Origin: Blepharisma stoltei ATCC 30299
Lineage: Eukaryota; Protista; Ciliophora
Direction: 5' to 3'
NCBI GenBank assembly: GCA_965603825.1
Contig: CBFDEM010000046.1
Coordinates: forward strand, 682,001 to 746,000
DNA length: 64,000 bases
Numbering within the stretch: position 1 is the stretch's first letter; every line of letters begins with the position of its first letter. Both the position numbers and the translations under genes were made by a program. Shown here in pieces: positions 1 to 13,577 of this stretch. The notes below the pieces were generated by a model. It ran no database searches. It saw only the letters and a list, made by a program, of their open reading frames with translations, and was not told the DNA's origin.

Positions 1-2464
1 CCCTTGTAAATTCTCCTAGAAAAGTTTTCGGGATGTTTTCCTTCATTGCTTTTAAATCAGGGTCATCATTTCATAGTAGGTGGATTGGGTATTCTCCACT
101 TTTAGCTTGAGACCTTAGCTTATCGCGAGCAATTCTTGCTAAAACTCTGGCTTGCTTGGCCTCTGCGCCGCTTAAAGTAACTTCTGGTACTGGTGTGAGG
201 GCTTCTAAGTCTAAGTCACATGTAAAAAGTTCTATAGGTTCTTTGCTGCCTTTTACAGTCACCCTATCAATTTTCCTCATATTCGTTTTTGTTACATTTG
301 AACATATGTGGAACAGCGCGTTACTTATAAGAATTGGCACTCCAAACTGCTTTGTCGCTGCTTCGAGTCTTGAAGCCATGTTTACATTTGGTGAAAGATA
401 AGAGGCGTCGATCTTAAACTCGCTGCCTATTGCACCTTCTATAGCCCATCCTTGATGAAGCCCGAAGCCCATTTTTACAGAATATCCTGGCATACGGTCA
501 TTTAAGCCTTGGTGGTCTCGATATTTTAGCACTTTTCCGCTTTTATTTATTTCTGCGATTATTTTTATGAAGCTGATAACTGCCATATCAGCGTACTCTT
601 TAATTAAAGGGTGTCTTCCTAAAACTCGATTTCCTGGGTTCATTGTATCAGCTTCTATGCATTCTTCTGGAAATTTCCAGCATAATAAAAAGGCGTCACC
701 TATATTTTTATTCGCAGTCCCTGAATATTTATCAACCAGACTGTGGACTATATACGCAATTTCATTCACAAAAGCCATGACTTCGTTTTGCAGCACTTCT
801 GTAGTGTCAGTGAAATTTCTTATATCGCAAAACCCAAAAATGCAAATCGTCCGTTTCCCAGCTATCATTGGGTTTACCTCACCTCCACCTTTTTGAATAT
901 TTGTCGCAATAATTTCAGAACCAGCTTCTCCAAAGCCTAATGCTAGCAAAGCTCCGATTTTTGTAATGGTTTGTTCAAGAAAAGCAGTTTCCATTGGTTC
1001 TTGGTCTTTTTTCTTTTTGTCACTTGAGGTCAGCCCTTTCATGACTTCGTTTTTCTCTTCTTTTTGGGCAGCTTGAAGAGGGTTTTTCGCGATGTTCTGG
1101 ATTTTTTTGATCATGTTTTCCAGAGGGTTTAGAAGCATTTTTTGGGCATCATCTGAAAGCAGCATTGTGGCAGCTGATAAAAGGATGCAGATATAAACAG
1201 TTCGGATGATATTTAGCCCAGCTCCTAGCCGAGATTCATTTCTTATATCAAAAACAGCATAACTTGAATAGTAATAATCGTCAGACATGTTATCCAGATA
1301 CACAGTAGTTTTTTCAACGTCCCTCAAGTCATCTGGACTTATATCTGTTTCCCAGGTCTTCCTATTTGCCACATATAAATAGCATAATGGCAAATATAGT
1401 TTTTTATGTTTTTTAATATAGTTGTTTCAAGCTATCAAAAAGGAGTCATGGTCATGGACAACAGAATTCATAGCTTCTAGTCCATAAGTCCCCGATGTAT
1501 TAGCGTCCACATACAGTGTGGGATAAAATAACGGTAGCATCACCATAATCGAAATAACAAGTATTATGACTCTTTTTGTAGTAATATCGTTTAATTTTTT
1601 TCCGACATTGCTTTCTTGAGGGATCTCGATTTCTTCTGCCAAACTTTCGGTGTCAGAAAAATTTTGACTTGACCCTGCAGAAAAAGAATTTTTTCTGTCG
1701 TCCATTGCAGTTTGATCTTCATGGGATGTAAAAGATTGGGAGGCTGAAGCTTGGCTTCCTTCTTCAATTTCATCAAAACCACGATTTAAATTACGGGGCA
1801 AGTGGATAGCTTCTTCTCCTCTGTATTTTATATTTGTTCGCCTCAGTATTGGACGATTTTTCTTGGCCGCTTCACGAGCTTCTTTAGCGATTTTGTACAG
1901 TTTGGTGATTCTTATGAGTCGGATAACTCGGATAACTCTAATAACCCTGGCAGCTCGGGCTGCTCCTCGAGATGCTTTGCCTGCGCTTGCTATTTTTTTA
2001 GCTTTGCCATTGCCAGATCCACTACTGCTGCCACTATCAACCATTGCGTCCCAAACCCAGCCAATGTCCATGACAAGTGTCAGCGTGGAAATTAAGTCTA
2101 GCCAAAAGAAAAATCCTAAGAAATAGCCTTCTTTTACCAATGAAGATAAAACTATTTCTAAAGTAAAGAAAACTAGGCAAATAATAGTTAGGACATAAAA
2201 CGCTATATCCGCATCTTTAGTTGTTGCAGCTAGCCTGATATCGTCTCCGAATAGAGCATAAAGAGTAATGGTTATCATAAAGATCTGCGTATATCAATGA
2301 TCCAAAAGTTTGGCAATTAGTAATCTCCAATTTGATTTTGCCTCAATAGCAATATGGACTTCTGGAAGTTTGGGGTCAATATCTTGACTTCCCCTATTTG
2401 AGCGCTCTTCTACGCTTGTTTTGTGATCACTTAAACGTCTCTCGAATTCAGGCTCAACATTCAT
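1..2464 (-). CDS. Ion-channel/voltage-sensor-fused class III adenylyl cyclase (3' end runs off window)
   Basis: One frame from ATG 2464 if TGA at 2294-2296, 1427-1429 and 71-73 are Trp. TM helices with S4-like RAARVIRVIRVIRLIRITK; cyclase motifs FCDIRNFT, KNIGDAFL, GAIGSEFKIDASYLSPNVNMASRLE. Confidence 0.9.
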
Positions 2465-3232
2465 ATTAATTTATGTTAAAGTAATGACACGTAAAAGTTT
2501 CAATTCTTCATCGACGTTTTTTAACTGATTTTTTAAGTTTATTTAAGCTCAACATGGAAATTGGAATTATTTGTATGGAAGTTGTAATTAATTTTAGGGA
2601 GTTATAGGATTTTATTGAGAAAAATTAGGACTTAGGTCATTAGTTTACTGGGTGATAGGTAAAAACTTTGGAGATGGAAAAGTGTAATTTTTTGAGGGGA
2701 AATAAGGCTCATTATAATTAATTCGACAATTAATAGAATAAAAAGCGTTAGCTATATAGCAAGGAAATGGGAGATATATAAAATTTAAGTAGTAATAGTG
2801 AAGCAAAAATGAAAACGTATAGTGTTATTTGTATAGCAGGCCAACTAATCTTATTTAGGGCCTTTAACAAACCAGATAATAATTTTGAAAATTATAGGCA
2901 GCATTGATTTAAGTATGCGATTTTATTGAAAATAAATTCTACACACAAAAAAAGCTGCATGATCTTTTAAGGCTTATAAATTAACCTTTTATAGCACTCT
3001 TAAATAAAAATGAAGCTTGGCATTGCTTAAATTTATAAGAAATTATCCGGAAAATGCAATTTATTCTCAACAATTTTATTTATTAAACCAAATCCTATAC
3101 AAAAATAGTTTTATCTGCTCCAAGAACCTTTTATTATTCCTCAAATCCTAAATTCTATTTTTCTCTACAATTAAAATTTCCCATTCTCGATATTAAATTC
3201 TATTAATTATCCATCAATTCTCATTAAAATAA

Positions 3233-4759
3233 ATGAGCAACCCTGAATCCTCAATTTTATCTCTCAATAGGGATGCTATGAGCTTACTTAACAGTCAAAA
3301 TTTTGAATTAGCATTTATCAAGCTCACCAAAGCAAAAGAAATTTTATTAAGGAACAAATTTGATACAAATTTCAATCATTTATGGTCTATTACATACAAT
3401 AACTTTGGCTGTTATTATAAAAGAATTAAAAAACCAAAGGAAGCACTAAATTATTTACTTTTGGCTTTAGAAAAATCTGTACCAGATTCTATAGTAAATA
3501 ATGTGGGGACTCATCTAAATATTTCTTCAATTTATTCAATATTGGGACATCATGAAAAAGCGTTATCACATGCTTTAAAATCTTTAAACTTGCTGAACAC
3601 TGTCAATGAAAGTATAAAAAATAAAGAAGATCTTTGAGCCACCGTGGCTGTTGCTTATCATTGTGCAGGATTAGAATATGGGCATTTATCTAGAAAAAAA
3701 GAGTCAATGCAGTTTTATAAAAAAGGCCATGAGATTGCCAAATTGCATTTAGGGGTAAAACATCAGCTGACAAAAAGCTTAAAAAAGTCTTTATTTTCAG
3801 AATTAGAAGAAAATTACAATGAAAAATTCAATAAAAAAGAAAGAAATCCTAAAGTCCTGCATAGAAGTCCGAAAGCTTCTCCAAGGCCTCCCCATCTTAC
3901 TCCTTTATCTCGTCATTCAAATAGGCTTCCATTAAATTCCACATTGCCTAAGCCTAAAAAATTATTATCAAAAACCCCTGAAAATCATATAAAAAATTCC
4001 TCACTCGGATACGATACTCTTCACAATCAATCCTTAAGATGCACCCCAGACTATATTAGACCAATATTTGCAGCGCTAACTCACAAATTAAGGCACTCTT
4101 CACTTCCCCATACTCAAAACTCTTTAAATCAAAGCCAAAAATATGACTGTCTAAATTTACTAGAAAATGAGGATTTTTCTTATTCTAATTTTTCTGATTT
4201 TCCAATACAAAAGGTCTCTAAAATAAATAAAGCGAATTTCTACTGTGGAAATAATAAAGGAGAAAAAATTAAAGCAATAATTACTATACAAAGATGATGA
4301 AAAAGGTATAAAGCTTTGAAAAAAATTAAAATGAGGATTTATAATAAGAAGATAAAAGAAGCACAAATTAAAGCAAAAAAAGCCTTTATTGAGCTTGAAA
4401 TTTTAAGAAAAGAAAAAGAAAATTTGGCTGCTAAATATGATAGATATGGTAAACAGCAGCTGAAGCCGATACCATTTGTCAGTAAAACTTATGAAGACTT
4501 AAGCCATCTAAAAACAATCCCTGAGTGCAGTTTCGAAGACCAAAGGGACAGCATAAATATTATCAATTCCTATATAAAAATGTGGCTTAATAGAATAAAA
4601 TTTCAAAGGCTTAAAAAAAGTGCAATTATAATTCAAAAGAATTATCGGATGTACAGGCTGAAAAAGATTTATAAATCTACTTTAGCTGCGGTTAATTTTA
4701 TCCAGTCATATTATAGAGGCCATAGAACTCGCAAACTTTATAAATTTTTGTTAAATTAA
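3233..4759 (+). CDS. TPR-repeat plus IQ-motif protein (~508 aa)
   Basis: Three ORFs join in frame via TGA 3635-3637 and TGA-TGA 4295-4300 (IQRWWKRY). TPR-like ITYNNFGCYY, THLNISSIYS; IQ motifs IQKNYRMY, IQSYYRGH. Confidence 0.8.
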
Positions 4760-4793
4760 AAATTTATATACAAGTTTTTTTTTCATAATTATT

Positions 4794-7271
4794 TTAAAAA
4801 TCATCTAAATACTTCCTCGCTAATCTTTTTTCACTCTTAAGCACAGTCTCAATATTGGTAGGAGACTCACACCCGAAATCAAGCTTATACCGGGAAAACA
4901 TGTGCTTGTACGAAATATTTTCAACGCTTCCAGCTCTATTTTTTTCCCCATCATTTTGCTCAATTTCATTAAAATCGCCATATTTTAAGAAAGGTGACTC
5001 TGAATTTTTTTCTGTCCCAATATGCTTATATCTTTGATTAGGGAATTTATCAAGGAATTTTCTTCTTTTAAAACTGACGTCAACTACATTGGGTTTTATC
5101 GACTGAATATCATTTATCTGCTTTTTACGAATTTCATGGATTTTTAGCCGCGGTTTTACGCTTGTGCTTGGTCTTGGCTTAAAAAATCTGTCATTTAATA
5201 GGTATTTGTGAGGAGTCCCATCACTTTTTTTAAGCTTTTTCAATTTTAAGCTTGATTTGATGATTTTTGTAATGCTTTTTGGGAGTTTCTCTTTGGATTC
5301 TCTGATTTCAAAAATATCGTCTTTTTTGCTTGATCTTAGTGCTGAGCAAGACTCTTTTTTGCCGAAACCCATAAGATTTTTGGCTTTATCTAAAACTTTT
5401 AAAATTTTTTGGTTAATTTTTTGTTGCTGCTCTTCGTATTCTGGGTCAAATTCTTCATCTTCGCTTTCTGAAGGTTCTGAATCACTATCTTCTTGTATGT
5501 TTTCTTCTTTTATACAATTCATGATTTCTAATAATGATCTTGCATTAAATCCTTCTTTCGCTGAGTAGTCTTTTTTGCCAAATTTTTTCTTTTTTAATCT
5601 TTCAGTTTTCTTAGTTTCTTTTTCTTTTATAAATCTATTCCGAATAATTATATACTCAAGCAGCGCTTCACAAAAATTCCTTCCTAAAGTATTTAAAAGT
5701 TCTTCATTAAATGGAACAGTATTTCTTTCATTGTCTAAATATCCATAAGATGACGTCTCAATTGTATACACAAACGGCAATTTCAATTCTTTCCATATAG
5801 CAAGCCTCGCAGATTTTCTTTTTGACCAGTCATTTTGAAACTTACACGAAAAATACCTAAACATTTCTGTTTTTTCGCTAAAAAGCTTTGGGAGTACTTT
5901 AATGCTGATATATTTATCTGAATGAAGCGGGTAATGAGGGCCGTACATAAACATTCCTTTTTTGGTCGAATGCGCATGAAAATCGAAATAAAAAGAAATT
6001 TTTTCCTTTTTTATAGCATTTTTTAAACTGTATATAATTGGGTGCAGCCTTGGGTCAGGACTGTGAAATCGTCTATTTAGGTCTTCGCCTGTTAAGGAGC
6101 ATCTTCCATTTCCTAATATAACTCCATCAGGATTTAGCATAGGCACTATTTTAAAAATTATTTTTTTCCTCAATCTTTTTGCTTCATGATGGTCACTGAT
6201 AAGAAATTTTAGCAGCCCTTCCATTACTCATGACCCATGAGTTTCTCCTGGGTGGACTCTTGCAGTAAGAAAAGCAATCTCTTTTTGGTTTGCCGCCATA
6301 AAATCAGTTATTGTCAAAATCGGTACGTCAACCCCACTTAAGCTTTTGCACAAAACTTCATTTTTCACAAAATTCGATTTTTCCAGCTCTTTTACAAAAT
6401 TGCATAATTTTGAATACCTGTATGGCACGGAATATGCAAAATAAAAAGCATCATTTTCTTTAAATTGATAAGAAAAAGATAAACAATAATAAATTCGTCT
6501 TTGGTTTGGCTTATTAGCTTTACTAGAAGTATAGCTTACTTTATTGCCACCTTTAAATCACCCTTTTGCAGGATTATTTATATCAAAAATGCAAGGTAAA
6601 TTCCCTTGGTTATATAAGCTGCTCCTTTTCGAAAAATTTACGATGTTGAATTTAACTTCCCGATCGTTTCATTTATTTTCTACTTTAAAATAATATCATC
6701 AATTATGACCATATGAATTCGAATCTGTCCTTATATACAAATCGTATTCGTTTTCTTTTACTTTTACGACTTTATCGAGATTTCCACTCTCAAAGCATGA
6801 GGAAAAAATCAATTCATTTATATTCAGCCCTGTTTTCATTCCTTTGAAAGGCTGGACTTTTTTGTTTGGCTCGAGCTTTTTGATAGTATTTCAGGCATGT
6901 CTTAAGGTTGGGTTTATAGTAAATTTGTAGGTTTCTGGGCTTGAGTAACATTCGTGAAGCTCAAGAGAATCCGTAGGACGAAACCCATAGAAAATTGCAT
7001 TTTGTGTGGAAATTCGGTCTAATGTAAAAGACAGAGGCACTGGGCCATTCTGCAATATCGAGGTAGGTCGCCAGCTAATTATAAATTACCCAAACAGCAT
7101 GTCTGCTTCCAAGCTATGCCCTGATTTTGCCAGAGGAATAAAATCAGGCAGTCGATCTTCTTTTAATTCAGGAATTTCTCTATGAGCCGGTGATATATTA
7201 GAAGGAAATATATCAGAAGTATATTCAGAAGACTCATTTTCAAAGCCAGAATCGGTGCTTAAATTTTTCAT
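4794..7271 (-). CDS. Cytosolic carboxypeptidase (CCP/AGBL/Nna1 tubulin deglutamylase family, M14D; ~820 aa)
   Basis: 15-nt intron 7075-7089 (GTAATTTATAATTAG). Motifs FESGNL, WYYFKV, ARVHPGETHGS-W(TGA 6228-6230)-VMEG, PMLNPDGV, GNGRC, DLNR, DFHAH. Confidence 0.9.
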
Positions 7272-7415
7272 TGGAAAATTGTATTTTTGACATGGCTAAC
7301 GAAGTTAAAAAATACCGAAAATAATTAAATTTTTTAGATTTTTAGAAAATATTGCCAATAATAAAAATCTCTCAAACTTAAGCCCAATAAATTCAAATAT
7401 TTTAATAGGCTATTA

Positions 7416-8501
7416 ATGGGAACCTGCAATTGTGTCGGAGAAAAAAAAGAGCAAGGCAGCGTAGACGTTGAACAAAAAGCTCTCCCAACGTCTAAAAAGC
7501 AGCTGCAGCAAGCTGAAACTATCAATAATAAACCTCAAGAAATCACGTTATCTTTAGAAGTCACCCCACAGCTACCTTCATCTAACATCATAAAAGTCCA
7601 ATCCTGTGTCCGTAGCTATATCTCAAGGAAAAAATATGCAGCTGCTTCTAAAAATCATACAAATGATACCATTGAAGTCAGAAATGACCACGAACTCAAC
7701 GATATCCCAGAAAACCTCTCAACGCCTGAAGCTTTACAAGCTAGGGCAAGACTTGGCCCTTATAAGCTAAATAAAATGCCAACCCCAGGCGTCACATGGC
7801 GAGGGCCTACCAAATTGCCTGACGGAGCTGTATATGAAGGCGAATGAAATTCACGTGGGCAGCCTCACGGAGGAGGCATCATGTATAGCACTGATGGAGG
7901 AATTATTGAAGGACAATGAAAAAACGGCAAACCCAATGGAAAAGGCCGAAGAATTTTCCCTAATGGAGATATATATGAAGGAGAACTTGTAGATGGAAAA
8001 ATGGACGGAGAAGGATCGTTATTTTGTGTTGGAAAAAGCACTTATAAAGGAAGCTGGAAAGCTGATAAAAATGACGGCTTTGGGGTAGAAATGTGGCCTG
8101 ATGGGGCAAGATTTGAAGGAAATTATAAAAATGGTCTGAAAGATGGGAAAGGAAAATTCGTGTGAAGTGACGGGAGCAGCTATGAAGGAGATTTTGTAGC
8201 AAGTAATATAGAAGGGAAAGGGAAATATATTTGGATGAATGGGAGAGAGTATGATGGAGACTGGAAAGATAATAAAATGCATGGGTATGGAGTTTTTAAG
8301 TGGAGCGATGGCAGGGTGTATGAAGGAGATTATAATATGGATAAAAAAGAAGGGCGTGGGACTTTTGTATGGCCAAATGGAAAAAAATATGATGGATATT
8401 GGAAAGATGGGAAACAACATGGGGAAGGGACACTGTATAATGCAAAAGGAAAGTCTAAGAAAGGGATTTGGAAAAATGGGAAGCCAGTAGATAAAGATTA
8501 A
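7416..8501 (+). CDS. MORN-repeat protein with N-terminal acylation-like MGTCNC and IQ motif (~361 aa)
   Basis: YEGEW/GxGxxxW repeats; TGA 7845-7847, 7917-7919 and 8163-8165 fall at MORN Trp positions; ends TAA. Confidence 0.9.
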
Positions 8502-8821
8502 GAATTATAAGATTATTAAAATACTATAAATTTGGTTTAAATGTTTGAGAAGGAATATTTTGTTTAAAATTAAAAAGGCGGATATGGATAAATTAAATGA
8601 TATTATATAAATAATTGTTATATAAATAAGTTAATTCAATATATTAAATAAAACACATTAATCTATCCTGAAATAACAATTTTCTTAAATATATTTTTTA
8701 TCTGAAAACTCTATAAAAAAATTGCCGCACAGATTACTGAAATTAGTAATAAAATATAATATTCGGTGTATTTAGCCAAGAAATAAATATCAGATTGCTG
8801 TCAAAGACTTCATAATAAATA

Positions 8822-10123
8822 ATGGTGGAAAAAAATTTATTTCTTAGCCCTAACTCTCAAAAAAATCACCGCATAATTGATCATCATCGAAATAATTCCG
8901 AAAAAGATCTCAGTAAACAATTCAAGAACTATTTATCTCCTGTAAAAGGAGATTTAAGCATGATAAACTTCAACGACACCCAAGATGGCATTGACCCTCC
9001 TCCTAACGAAAATCCCAGAATAAATCTAAATCACTTTAAAAAACCAGTCAAGAGAAAAATCAAAAAACTTGAGCTTAAAAATAAAAAAAGTCCTGTAAAA
9101 TATTTGGTGCCGGCTCTTGGAGATTTTAATTCAATTAATGATGATGTTGCTGAAGTTGAATTTGGAATTCTTTGTATTAATTGCCAAGAAATGATTCCTG
9201 AAAGCTTTATTGAAAGGCACTCATTTCTTTGTACAAAACTGTCAGTTTCAATTTTAAAAAGTGACGGTCTGAGTGATCTTGAGAACTTGCATATAAAAAC
9301 TCAAAAAATGGAAAATTTTTTAGAAAATAAAGAAAAAGAAATATTATATAGATCTTCTGAAAGGAATATAATAGTCGTTCTGAAGCGGCTATGTAGAAGG
9401 CTAATGGATTCTAATAAGAGCCAGAACGGGATTGCAACCTTAGAAGTCATAAAATCAATTAAATCAATGCTAGAAAATTTCAAAGGCTCATTATCATTAA
9501 GAATCTACAGTGAGCGGCTCCTCACAATCTCCCAAGAGCAGTCTCAGGCCATCCAAGTTATTGAGCAAAATGAAATAGAAAGCAAAATAAAAGAAGTCAC
9601 CGAGCTCAAAAAGCAAGTAAAAATTTTCAAAGAAAGGGCTGAAAGCTTACAAAAATCAATTTTTAAAAATAAACACCCAGAATTAAGGCTGAATTTAGAA
9701 TTATTAGAAACCATCAACAGTGAATTTAGCAGCACTGAATCATTAAATTCAGCTAGTTCATTTCGATCAACATTTTGTGATGAAAAACAAGGAGAGCTCG
9801 ATACAGTAGAAACTGAAAATAACGGACCTTCAATTGGAGACTCAAAAGATTCCCTACAAAAATATTTTTATTCTCAATGCTTAGCACTTAAAATAAAAAA
9901 TAATTCAAAAGAATTAGTAAAGCTCGTCCCAGCTTCAAAATTGTATGAAAAAGCGATTCAGGAAAATATCCCTGTTGATGAGTGGGTTGATTTTATTGAG
10001 GAAGAGCTGAAGTATCCAGAAAGATGGGTTAGAGCACAGTCAAGGCGATCAAGAAGGTCGCAGCCTTTGAATGGAAATAAAAAATCATTTACATTCGAAA
10101 GCATAATAGAGGAAGAGGTATAA
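8822..10123 (+). CDS. Hypothetical coiled-coil protein with C2HC zinc-finger-like motif
   Basis: 433-aa ORF; CINCQEMIPESFIERHSFLC followed by heptad-rich region. Confidence 0.7.
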   Translation: MVEKNLFLSPNSQKNHRIIDHHRNNSEKDLSKQFKNYLSPVKGDLSMINFNDTQDGIDPPPNENPRINLNHFKKPVKRKIKKLELKNKKSPVKYLVPALGDFNSINDDVAEVEFGILCINCQEMIPESFIERHSFLCTKLSVSILKSDGLSDLENLHIKTQKMENFLENKEKEILYRSSERNIIVVLKRLCRRLMDSNKSQNGIATLEVIKSIKSMLENFKGSLSLRIYSERLLTISQEQSQAIQVIEQNEIESKIKEVTELKKQVKIFKERAESLQKSIFKNKHPELRLNLELLETINSEFSSTESLNSASSFRSTFCDEKQGELDTVETENNGPSIGDSKDSLQKYFYSQCLALKIKNNSKELVKLVPASKLYEKAIQENIPVDEWVDFIEEELKYPERWVRAQSRRSRRSQPLNGNKKSFTFESIIEEEV

Positions 10124-10493
10124 ACTTGGGGAATAGCTCAAATGGTAATTCTAATCAATTGGTAGGCATATAGCATTTTCAACAAAATTTCTCATTTAAT
10201 TGTTTAGGAATAATAAAAAATGGTTTATTTAAAATTGGCATTATTGAGTTAAAGATTTGCCTTTATTATAAGCAAAAACATATATTAAAATTATAAAAAT
10301 TAATAAAAATTCTATAATAAAGTAATTTGCATATATAAAAACCAAGTCAAAAAATACAAAAATAGGCCTCACTAATCTTGTTCTTGAGTCTTAAATAACT
10401 TAATTTTATATCAATTTCCAGACTTATCTTTTAAATTTTATAAATCTTTTCCTGTTTTTTCATAATTTTAAAACCTGCTGATATATAAAATAA

Positions 10494-11117
<624 letters not shown>

Positions 11118-11130
11118 TCTTTTAATATGG

Positions 11131-12093
11131 TTAAGAATTATTTTGTTGCTGATATAATTTATAAGCGTTATTCAAAGCTCCAAAAACTCTATCAGCGATG
11201 TATTTTATATGAGGAGGATCTTGCTGATGCTTGTCTGGGTGGACTATCATAATTGCTTTCATATAGGCGATTTTTACTTGTTTGGAGGTTAGAAGATCGC
11301 CTGGGCCTATAGGTTTTCATTCTGCGCCTGGCCATAAAATTCCTTGCATTGTGGAAATTAGTGTAATTATGTTGTTTTTCTGCAAGTTTCTGCTTTCCCA
11401 TCTATTAATGCTCTCCCCAAACTCTTTTTCAGCGTTCATTCTATGATTTTTCCCCTCTTCTTCAGCAGCCCATGATTTTTTGGCTGATTCTGCCTTAATT
11501 TTCATTTGTTCTTGTATGAACTTTTCTTTTCTGTCTATCAATTCCTGAGTACTCATCCCATTTGTAGGGTCATTTAAAGCGCTCATAAAATGACTTTTTG
11601 ATAATTCATGAGGAGGTCTTGGAGGTTCTTGGGAATGCGATCTCACATCGACTGGTTTTTGCTTTGGAGAAGGCTCTTGTGGAAAATCAATAAAATCACT
11701 GAGTTTTCGCTGAAATTGTGGAGGATCTGGCTCTCTGCTGTGATGATTTCTTGATGAAGAATTAGAAGAAGCTGCTTTATAGACCTTTCGGACTGGCTTT
11801 AAGAGACTTTTATTTTCAAATGGAGGAAGTTGCAAAGCCTTGACATAAATATAGCCTTTATATGTAGGGATTGGAGAATCGTCTTCTGGGAGATCAAGTC
11901 AAACGGTTGCTGGAGGATTTTCTTCTTGAATTATGGTGCGGAAGCGGAAAAAGAAGCGACCTGGAACTGGGAAAGATTTTCTTACGTCTTTGACTGTCAC
12001 TTCATTTCCTTGAGAAATTTGAGTAGAATAGAGGTAAAGCTCTTTTTTCCCTTCGTCTTGAAGTGTGTAATGGATCATGGAGACCTTTGACAT
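11131..12093 (-). CDS. DIX-like domain plus auxilin-type C-terminal J-domain protein (~320 aa)
   Basis: Frame continuous through TGA 11899-11901 and 11317-11319. N-term VTVKDVRKSFPVPGRFFFRFRT...VWLDLPEDDSPIPTYKGYIYVKAL; C-term NIITLISTMQGILWPGAEWKP...VKIAYMKAIMIVHPDK. Confidence 0.8.
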
Positions 12094-12446
12094 CTTCTTT
12101 ATAATTTTTAGGGATTTATAATTTAGTATATTACAGTAATAAAAGGGATACAAAAAATATGAAGTTTTCTGATAGTAAAATGTGAGTTATTTTTAATATA
12201 ATGATTTAAGGATATTTATAAATGAAAATTATTAAGAATTTATACTGAAAATTAGTTTATAATACTATTTTTATATCACTTCAATCTTATTATTTTATTT
12301 TTTTGTAAGTAATAATCTTTCAGCTAACCTTATAAAAATGGTGCATGTTAAGTAATTTGCATAACCTTGCTCTTTTCTCCTTGTAAAAATTTGAAATATT
12401 TAAATATTATAATAAATATAAATACCTAAGAAAAAAGCTGAACTAG

Positions 12447-13013
12447 ATGGAACGTACAGATAATGAAAGTTTCGATGAGCTCGATATGGACACTGATGGG
12501 AGATTTTGCGATTCCCCAATGGGATCTCCTTCGTTTATAGATGTGCTATATGAAACAGATCCGCTATTTGTTTTAGTTCCTTCAGATACTTTGAAATTGG
12601 ACATAGAAGATTTGCCTATTATTGAGCCAGATTCAGTGCAAAGCGATAAAGCAAGCACTGCTGTATCAGAAGGAACTTCTGAAGGCTACGATAAGCAGCC
12701 TACTAAATCATTAAGCCAAGAAAATTTATCCCAATACAAAGAAATACCAGATTTTACGATAAAAAGAATTGGGAGTCTAACTCTCGAAGAACGACATCTA
12801 AAAGTCCAAAAGTACTTGGACAAGCGCCAAAAGAGGACTTGGAATAAAAGAATAAATTATGACTGTAGAAAAAGAGTTGCTGATAAAAGAATAAGAGTTA
12901 AAGGACGGTTTGTTACTAAAGAGCAAGCTTGTTTACTGTTGGAAGAGCAAAAGCAAATGAATGCTCAAATGGAAATTGAAAATAATTCGCCTAGTCAGGT
13001 GTCACCTAATTAA
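12447..13013 (+). CDS. CCT-motif protein, copy 1
   Basis: ERHLKVQKYLDKRQKRTWNKRINYDCRKRVADKRIRVKGRFV; acidic N-terminus. Confidence 0.85.
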   Translation: MERTDNESFDELDMDTDGRFCDSPMGSPSFIDVLYETDPLFVLVPSDTLKLDIEDLPIIEPDSVQSDKASTAVSEGTSEGYDKQPTKSLSQENLSQYKEIPDFTIKRIGSLTLEERHLKVQKYLDKRQKRTWNKRINYDCRKRVADKRIRVKGRFVTKEQACLLLEEQKQMNAQMEIENNSPSQVSPN

Positions 13014-13577
13014 ATTTATTTTTTAATAAATTAAGCTGTGCTAAGTATCAGATATATATAATTACTTAAATATATCCTGGTTAAGTTTTGCTGCTATTTT
13101 TTCAGATATAAATGATTTAATATGCATCTTTCTATATAATATTCATAATTGATCTTATAAATCAACAATTATGTGTGGTTAAATAAATTATAAATATGAA
13201 ATAGTTTAGTTCTAAGCAATAATTTTAATTAATATAAAAAATAGAATGGTTTAAATCATTAGATAGATTCAATTTATTAAGAAGAGTGCTTTCACAATAT
13301 ATATATCGCATATTTGATAATTTCATAGTAATAATCTTTGTATATAATTGTATTTTAATCACGAAATTTTTTTCTTAAAATACTAATTGAGAGATCATTA
13401 TAACAAAAATGATACTTCGAGTTTAAGGAAAAGAAGCACACTATCCCATATATTTTTAACTGTATATATAATAAATTAGACTATTAAAATCAATGAAAAA
13501 ATATTATAAGCTCTTTGTATAAGCTGTTTTACTATACTTTTTATCATTCCCATATAAAAGTTATTATAAATCCAAAG

